Position numbers and translations under genes: made by a program
From: an uncultured Gammaproteobacteria bacterium
Lineage (GTDB): Bacteria; Patescibacteriota; Microgenomatia; UBA10105; UBA927
DNA: 64,000 bases
NCBI GenBank assembly: GCA_964515005.1
Contig: CAZEVT010000001.1
Span: forward strand, 229,616-293,615
Reading direction: 5' to 3'
Part shown: positions 58,343-64,000 of the stretch, piece by piece
Layout of the letters: each line of letters begins with the position of its first letter
Position numbering within the stretch: the stretch's first letter is position 1
Notes under the pieces: generated by a model
Seen by the model: the letters and a program-made list of their open reading frames with translations, nothing else
Databases searched by the model: none
What the model was told of the DNA's origin: nothing

Positions 58343-58619
58343 TTTTTTTCTCCATGACCTTCATAACTTCATCAATGACTTCGCGCGCGTTGCCTTTCTT
58401 AATTTCTGTAGCTACACACGTTTCCATGTGATTTCTAAGAACTAGTTCGTCGATTTGCTTCAAAGCGGCCTGGACGGCGAGCGACTGGTGGATGACGTCG
58501 ATACAGTAGTGGCCGTCTTCGACCATTTGGACTACACGGTCCAAGTGACCGCGGGCAATTTTCATGCGGTGGAGTATGGTGTGTTCTACAGATTTATCCC
58601 TCGGTATTCCTTTCGGCAT
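58335..58619 (-). CDS. csoR: CsoR/RcnR-family copper-sensing transcriptional repressor
   Basis: 94 aa helical protein with the C-H-C (HYCIDVIH...C) metal-ligand pattern of CsoR. Confidence 0.8.
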   Translation of the reverse strand: MPKGIPRDKSVEHTILHRMKIARGHLDRVVQMVEDGHYCIDVIHQSLAVQAALKQIDELVLRNHMETCVATEIKKGNAREVIDEVMKVMEKKNG

Positions 58620-58690
58620 TTTATCCCCCTATAGGGGATATAATACGGAACCTCGACAATCTTGTCAAGTGTCTTGTACAATACATATCT

Positions 58691-59704
58691 ATGAATGTTG
58701 TGTGGCTTGCGTTTCTCACTGGGCTTACGACCGGCGGACTGTCTTGTCTTGCAATCCAGGGGGGCTTACTAGCCTCTGCGGTTGCTTCCCGGTCGGGGGA
58801 GGAGCCCGTAGCATTATCCAAAAAGATGCCCCAGATAGGCATGTTTATTGCCGCAAAGCTCGTAAGTTATACGCTCCTGGGACTGGTTCTCGGGCTTATT
58901 GGATCCACTCTCGTCTTGTCGCCGAAAATTTTTGGTTGGGTGCAGATTGGAGCCGGACTCTTCATGGTGGCAACGGCACTTCGCCTTATTGACGCACACC
59001 CTATATTTCGCTATTTCGTGGTAACGCCTCCGCGTTGGGCGTTCCGACTTCTCAAAAACACAAGCCGCAACGCGTCGTTGTTTGCACCGGCGACACTCGG
59101 ATTTCTTACCGTTCTTATGCCCTGCGGCATCACTCAAGCGACTATGGCGGTTGCGGTTGCATCCGGAAGCCCGATACTTGGCGCCGCCATTATGGCCGCT
59201 TTTGTTTTGGGTACGAGTCCGGTCTTCTTTGCGCTGGGGGCAACCGTTGTTGAACTGATGCAGAAGCGGGCATTTTCCTACGTTGCAGCTGCGGTGGTTG
59301 CGGTGTTTGCCGTGCTTTCCATCAACGGGGGAGTTGTCCTCACCGGCAGCCCATATACTATCCAGAATTTTTATCGTGCGGCAACCACGCCGATTGATCA
59401 GCTTGCAATGGTCAGGAGTGGAGCTCCCATCGTCGGCGGCGCGCAGGAAGTAACGATCGATGTGGCAAGCGACGGCTACCGGGCGTCAGCAATGACCATC
59501 AAAAAGGGCGTCCCTGTGCGTCTCAGGCTTCAAACGAACAATACCAACGGCTGTTCGCGCGCATTCACCATACCGGATTTGGGGATTTCTAAGGTGCTGC
59601 CAGTGACCGGGAGCGAGGTTATAGAGTTTACGCCCAAAAAAACCGGACGGTTAGCCTACACCTGCAGTATGGGAATGTATACCGGAGCATTTCAGGTGCT
59701 ATGA
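58691..59704 (+). CDS. Polytopic membrane protein (DsbD_2/TauE-like permease fold) fused to a C-terminal cupredoxin-like domain
   Basis: N-terminal GGLSCLAIQGG and later MPCGITQATM TM motifs; C-terminal domain ...YTCSMGMYTGAFQV similar to the 57989-58342 protein. Confidence 0.5.
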   Translation: MNVVWLAFLTGLTTGGLSCLAIQGGLLASAVASRSGEEPVALSKKMPQIGMFIAAKLVSYTLLGLVLGLIGSTLVLSPKIFGWVQIGAGLFMVATALRLIDAHPIFRYFVVTPPRWAFRLLKNTSRNASLFAPATLGFLTVLMPCGITQATMAVAVASGSPILGAAIMAAFVLGTSPVFFALGATVVELMQKRAFSYVAAAVVAVFAVLSINGGVVLTGSPYTIQNFYRAATTPIDQLAMVRSGAPIVGGAQEVTIDVASDGYRASAMTIKKGVPVRLRLQTNNTNGCSRAFTIPDLGISKVLPVTGSEVIEFTPKKTGRLAYTCSMGMYTGAFQVL

Positions 59705-59901
59705 CAAAAAAAACATACAAGATAGACGGGATGCACTGCACGAGCTGTGCGCTTATGATTGAAAGCGATCTTGAGGATGCCGGGGTGAAAGCTACATGTA
59801 ATTACGCCAAGGAGATACTCGAAGTGGAGTTTGATGAGCAAAAGATCGGAGAAAAAAAGATTACTGAAGTTGTTGCTTCAGCAGGGTATCAAATTGTTTG
59901 A
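59701..59901 (+). CDS. copZ: Copper chaperone CopZ (HMA domain)
   Basis: MHCTSCA metal-binding motif; 66 aa. Confidence 0.8.
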   Translation: MTKKTYKIDGMHCTSCALMIESDLEDAGVKATCNYAKEILEVEFDEQKIGEKKITEVVASAGYQIV

Positions 59902-60286
59902 GTGCATCTTCTTCTGACGTAAAGATTAACTCTTTTTTAACGGCAGGGCATCCCCGGAGCATGCGGGAGATGCGTTTGCCTTTTTCATACAGAATATAAA
60001 CGGGGATGTTTTGCCTGTGGGCATATTCTATTTCAATCCCGGTACCGGTACTGGGTTCTCCCATATATGCGACCATAAGGTCACTGTGTGTGAGCTGGTG
60101 CGTATCGATTTTGTAGACTTCAGTGGGGGAAACGTCCGGGTTTTTAATAGGATCCGTACCTTTCAAAAATGCCCAAAAGTAGTCAAAGCCGTTTTTTTGC
60201 GCAACAGCCGCCAAGCGTCGATAAAACGCTTTTGTTTTGACAGGGTTTTTGAGGTCCGTCAGCGGTCCGGCAAAGAATATGCGCAT
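59861..60286 (-). CDS. Nucleoside 2-deoxyribosyltransferase-like protein (start at internal Met of the ORF)
   Basis: MRIFFAGPL...YMGEPSTGTGIEIEYA pattern of the NDT/Rcl-like flavodoxin fold; 3' end overlaps copZ by ~40 nt convergently. Confidence 0.5.
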   Translation of the reverse strand: MRIFFAGPLTDLKNPVKTKAFYRRLAAVAQKNGFDYFWAFLKGTDPIKNPDVSPTEVYKIDTHQLTHSDLMVAYMGEPSTGTGIEIEYAHRQNIPVYILYEKGKRISRMLRGCPAVKKELIFTSEEDALKQFDTLLKQQLQ

Positions 60287-60316
60287 AAGGTCTTTATATG
60301 ATACACTAAAACTCTT

Positions 60317-60640
60317 ATGGCAGATATTGCAATTACCGATGCGAATTTTGATGACCAGGTTTTGAAAAACGATAAGCCCGTGCTCGTCGACTTTTGGGCG
60401 GTTTGGTGCGGCCCGTGTCAGGTCCAGGGGCCGATTATTAAAGACATAGCCAAGGAGATGGAGGGGAAAGCAGTCGTATGGGAGTTTAATGTTGATGAAA
60501 ATCCGCAGATGGCACAAAAGTACAATGTCATGAGTATTCCGACCCTCATGATCTTCAAGGGCGGCACGGTGGTGCGGCAGTTTATCGGTGTGCAGTCAAA
60601 AGAAACACTTCTTGGAGAACTCAACAAACTTATCAACTAA
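60317..60640 (+). CDS. trxA: Thioredoxin
   Basis: WCGPC active site; 107 aa. Confidence 0.9.
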   Translation: MADIAITDANFDDQVLKNDKPVLVDFWAVWCGPCQVQGPIIKDIAKEMEGKAVVWEFNVDENPQMAQKYNVMSIPTLMIFKGGTVVRQFIGVQSKETLLGELNKLIN

Positions 60641-60641
60641 T

Positions 60642-61583
60642 ATGACCCACGATGTCATCATATTAGGGTCCGGTCCAGCCGGATACACAGCAGCACTCTA
60701 TACGTCACGGGCGTTTCTCAAAACGCTTATGTTTACTGGGCTTGAAGTGGGCGGGCAGCTGACGACCACCACCGAAGTTGAAAATTATCCCGGATTTCCC
60801 AAGGGCATCATGGGTCCGCAACTTATGCTGGATATGAAATCTCAAGTAGAGCGGTTTGGGACCGAGATTCAACAAAAGATGGTTACCAAGGTCGAAAAAA
60901 AAGACGCGACATTTGTCGTAACCGCGGAGGGAACATCATACGAGGCAAAAACCGTGATTATTGCGTCTGGCGCCTCCGCCATGTATCTAGGACTGCCGTC
61001 AGAAAAAAAATTTGCCGGGAAAGGCGTTTCCGCGTGTGCAACGTGTGATGGATTTTTTTTCCGGGGAAAAGAAGTGGTCGTGGTCGGGGGCGGAGATACC
61101 GCCATGGAAGAGGCCACATTCTTGACGACGTTTGCCCCGAAAGTGACTATTATCCATAGGCGTGACGAGTTTCGCGCAAGCCCCATCATGCTTGAGCGCG
61201 CAAAGAAGAATCCTAAAATTACCATGCTGACCAATAAGATCATTGAAGAAATTCTCGGTGACACGAATGTCACCGGCGTTCGTATCAAAGATACGGTTAC
61301 CGGAACAGTTGAAGAGTATCCCACCCAAGGAGTGTTTTTGGCAATCGGTCACAAACCCAACACAGAATTTTTGAAAGACCTCATCACGCTTGACCCGAAA
61401 GGATATGTCACGATCCACGGGCTGCGAAAGCCCGGTGACTTCCATACGGCAACAAATGTTCCCGGCATTTTTGCCGCGGGGGACTGCGTGGATTACCAGT
61501 ACCGCCAAGCCGTGGTTGCGGGAGGTATGGGGTGCATGGCAGCCCTCGATGCGCAAAAATATCTTGAGGACACACGCGTATGA
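60642..61583 (+). CDS. trxB: Thioredoxin-disulfide reductase
   Basis: FAD motif GSGPAGYTAA, redox-active CATC, NAD(P) motif GGGDTAME. Confidence 0.9.
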   Translation: MTHDVIILGSGPAGYTAALYTSRAFLKTLMFTGLEVGGQLTTTTEVENYPGFPKGIMGPQLMLDMKSQVERFGTEIQQKMVTKVEKKDATFVVTAEGTSYEAKTVIIASGASAMYLGLPSEKKFAGKGVSACATCDGFFFRGKEVVVVGGGDTAMEEATFLTTFAPKVTIIHRRDEFRASPIMLERAKKNPKITMLTNKIIEEILGDTNVTGVRIKDTVTGTVEEYPTQGVFLAIGHKPNTEFLKDLITLDPKGYVTIHGLRKPGDFHTATNVPGIFAAGDCVDYQYRQAVVAGGMGCMAALDAQKYLEDTRV

Positions 61584-62293
61584 TACCGCTTCCCAAACCC
61601 CAGAAATTTACGAGCCGTTTAATCTCGATCGAGAAGGTTTCAAGCAAAATGTATCTGGAGCGCTTTGAGCTTCAGACGCCTACGGATATTACGTTTATCC
61701 CCGGACAAACTATCATGCTCTATGTTGCTCCGGGTATGAACAGGAGTATGTCCATTGCTTCGCCTCCCAATGAACGTCATATCCTTCTTCTGGCTCATGA
61801 CGTAGCGCCTAATGGGGTATATGCCAAATGGGCCTTAGGAGCCAAAGTCGGGGATACGATGAATTTCATGGGGCCACTAGGGATGTTTATATTGGACCGC
61901 GACAGTCACCGAAAAAAGCTCCTTGTTGCGACCGGATCGGGTATTGCTCCATATCGATCCATGATCCTAGACTACTTGAACCAAGGAGGAACGGATGAAA
62001 TTATTCTCTATTGGGGACTGCGACATGAAGAGGATATGTTTTGGCAGAAAGAATTTGACGAATTGGTGCAACACCATCCGAATTTCACATTTGTTCTGAC
62101 GCTTTCACAAGGGGCAGATACGTGGCAGGGAAAGCGGGGACATGTTCAAGAACATATCTTCGCGGAGCAAAAAAATCTGTCCGAGAACGACTGGTATCTT
62201 TGCGGCAGTAAAGAGATGATCAATGAAATGCGAGATAAACTTGAATTACTTGGTGTTCCTGAGGCTCAGGTGAAGTTTGAATTGTTTTTCTGA
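61580..62293 (+). CDS. FNR-family FAD/NAD(P)-binding oxidoreductase (no Fe-S domain)
   Basis: RxxS-like FAD site (RSMSIAS), GPLG, GSGIAP NAD(P) motif; ATGA overlap with trxB stop. Confidence 0.65.
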   Translation: MIPLPKPQKFTSRLISIEKVSSKMYLERFELQTPTDITFIPGQTIMLYVAPGMNRSMSIASPPNERHILLLAHDVAPNGVYAKWALGAKVGDTMNFMGPLGMFILDRDSHRKKLLVATGSGIAPYRSMILDYLNQGGTDEIILYWGLRHEEDMFWQKEFDELVQHHPNFTFVLTLSQGADTWQGKRGHVQEHIFAEQKNLSENDWYLCGSKEMINEMRDKLELLGVPEAQVKFELFF

Positions 62294-62307
62294 TATACTC
62301 ATGACCT

Positions 62308-63600
62308 ATGGCAACCGTGAATCCGTTTGAGAGCGCAATGGCCCAGCTTAAAAAAGCCGCCGCATACCTTCCTGCGCGTGATGCAAAGAAAGCATTGACC
62401 CTCCTTAGCCAGCCCCAGCGGATCCTGAACGTCACGATTCCGGTCGTGATGGATGATAAAACGACAAGAATTTTTCAAGGGTACCGCGTACAATTTAACA
62501 ACGCCCGCGGGCCGTACAAAGGGGGTATCCGGTATCATCCGCAGGTTTCCCTCGACGAGGTGAAGGCGCTTTCTTTCTGGATGGCGATGAAATGTGCAGT
62601 TGCTGATCTTCCTTTGGGAGGCGGCAAAGGCGGGATTATCGTCGACCCGAAAAAGCTATCGGCGAGAGAACTCGAACGGCTTTCGCGCGGATATATCCGG
62701 GCCATCTGGGATTGTATCGGGCCTACTAAGGACGTGCCCGCGCCGGACGTAAACACCAACGGCGTCATCATGGGGTGGATGGTCGACGAATATCTGAAGC
62801 TTAAAGACGCGGCATGGGGGCTGACCGCCAAAGAAAAGAAAGAATATCGGTCCACATTTACGGGCAAGCTCATAAAAGATGGGGGATCGGAAGGGCGGGA
62901 AGAGGCGACGGGACTCGGAGGGCTGTATGTACTCCAAACGATTTTAAAACACCATAAACTTGCGGGGAAACAATTGACCGCTGCAGTGCAGGGGTTCGGA
63001 AATGTTGGATACAATATTGCCAAATTTTTAATAGAAGCGGGGATTAAGGTGGTAGCGGTATCCGATTCCCGGGGTGGCATCCACGTGCCTACTGGCGTGA
63101 ATCCTATGCTCACCCTCGAGTGCAAGAGGAAAAATGGCTATTTGGCGGGCTGCTACTGTTCGGGATCGGTCTGCGATCTGACCAAAGGGAAACCTATAAC
63201 CAATGACGCGCTTCTTGAGCTTCCGGTCGACATCCTCGTTCCCGCAGCTTTGGAAAACGTCCTGACGAAGCAAAATGCCTCCAAGATTAAAGCAAAGGTT
63301 GTGCTGGAAATGGCCAACGGCCCCACGACGCCCGAAGCTGATGCTATTTTTCATAAACGCGGAATTCCCGTCATTCCAGATATACTTTCGAACTCCGGGG
63401 GCGTCACCGTATCGGCATTTGAATGGGAACAGAACCTCAAAGGTCAACACTGGACGAAAGAAGCGGTAAACCGCAAGCTCAAGGCCAAGATGGAAAAGGA
63501 AGCAACTGCCGTATGGGGAGCCTCCAAGAAGCACAAGACTGATCTCCGTACGGCTGCTTTTGTCGTGGCACTTGAGCGTATTCTTCGTGTGATGAAATAG
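62308..63600 (+). CDS. gdhA: NAD(P)-specific glutamate dehydrogenase
   Basis: KGGIRYH...GGGKGG catalytic-lysine region and GFGNVG dinucleotide motif. Confidence 0.9.
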   Translation: MATVNPFESAMAQLKKAAAYLPARDAKKALTLLSQPQRILNVTIPVVMDDKTTRIFQGYRVQFNNARGPYKGGIRYHPQVSLDEVKALSFWMAMKCAVADLPLGGGKGGIIVDPKKLSARELERLSRGYIRAIWDCIGPTKDVPAPDVNTNGVIMGWMVDEYLKLKDAAWGLTAKEKKEYRSTFTGKLIKDGGSEGREEATGLGGLYVLQTILKHHKLAGKQLTAAVQGFGNVGYNIAKFLIEAGIKVVAVSDSRGGIHVPTGVNPMLTLECKRKNGYLAGCYCSGSVCDLTKGKPITNDALLELPVDILVPAALENVLTKQNASKIKAKVVLEMANGPTTPEADAIFHKRGIPVIPDILSNSGGVTVSAFEWEQNLKGQHWTKEAVNRKLKAKMEKEATAVWGASKKHKTDLRTAAFVVALERILRVMK

Positions 63601-63608
63601 CTTGTTTC

Positions 63609-63632
63609 GCAAGCTCAACAGAGCTTTTTTCG
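63609..63632 (+). terminator. Intrinsic terminator after gdhA (AAGCUC-AACA-GAGCUU followed by U-run)
   Basis: Hairpin followed by tttttt immediately 3' of the gdhA stop. Confidence 0.5.
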
Positions 63633-63969
63633 TATCCTCAAATAGCCCCATAGTTTTGACACTCCTTCGGATTTCTGATACTATTCCCAGACTTTGCTCT
63701 TTAACAATACCTATATCGTAGGGAGCTACTATAAGAGAAGAAGGAATCGAGTTATCCAAAATGCTGGAAATTATTCGTCAACTTTTTCTCTTATGATCGT
63801 CTCCCTGCGAACAAGTAATTGGGTGGGGATTTTTGCGTAAGGAATCTGTCTTACTCAGAAATCCACCATCCAATTATGTTACTGGATTCCGGATAAGCGG
63901 AGCGTACGCGGTAGGACAACAATTCTTCGTCAACTCGCATCAGCGAGAGAAAAGAAAAGAGGTTTATTC

Positions 63970-64000
63970 ATGAGAACAATTGTTATGAGGTCAACGTACG
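63970..64000 (+). CDS. 5' end of an unidentified gene running off the window
   Basis: ATG preceded by AGAAAAGAGG; only 10 codons visible. Confidence 0.2.
   Translation, partial: MRTIVMRSTY

Noticed and set aside
1-64000. CRISPR arrays, rRNA genes, IS elements
   Set aside because: No direct-repeat/spacer periodicity, no rRNA-like conserved blocks and no transposase-like ORFs were found on reading both strands.

Overview
The window reads as a compact bacterial chromosome segment of about 50% GC. Genes are tightly packed, with many ATGA/4-nt overlaps and short forms of several enzymes. I annotated about 80 genes; there are no CRISPR arrays and no rRNA. The mix of archaeal-type UMP kinase, TrpB2, ATP-dependent DNA ligase, an EndoQ-like PHP nuclease, a deoxynucleoside kinase and a minimal ValRS fits a small-genome, possibly CPR/Patescibacteria-like organism (inference).

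Main content, in order:
- Cell-surface polysaccharide genes: O-antigen-ligase-like, Wzx flippase, GT4, Wzm/Wzt-like ABC-2 exporter, GT2.
- Translation and folding genes: rplY, epmA-efp, cyclophilin, SurA-like, pth, valS, trpS.
- DNA transactions: nth, RNase HI, dprA-comM-yraN, recF, XerD-like, ATP-dependent ligase, EndoQ-like, 5'-3' exonuclease, ogt.
- Two AT-rich type II toxin-antitoxin islets (YefM-RelE beside tRNA-Met(CAU); Phd-Doc), each with a recognisable promoter/operator.
- A copper-homeostasis island at 52.3-59.9 kb (CsoR, CopA, CopZ, cupredoxin-like proteins, CcdA, rhodanese).
- A Trx/TrxR/FNR-like/GDH block.

Most notable finds:
- A complete T-box-type antiterminator/terminator leader with a UGGC bulge (Trp-type discriminator pairing), under a strong sigma70 promoter. 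It sits upstream of a trpB2-like PLP enzyme and a TrpRS carrying a C-terminal tRNA-binding-domain fusion.
- A deoxynucleoside kinase plus an 853-aa PEP-utilizing phosphotransferase with an unrecognizable C-terminal domain, arranged as an apparent operon.
- A promoter-to-terminator bounded, highly structured candidate ncRNA of about 320 nt next to the RelE/YefM module.
- A compositionally foreign ORFan.
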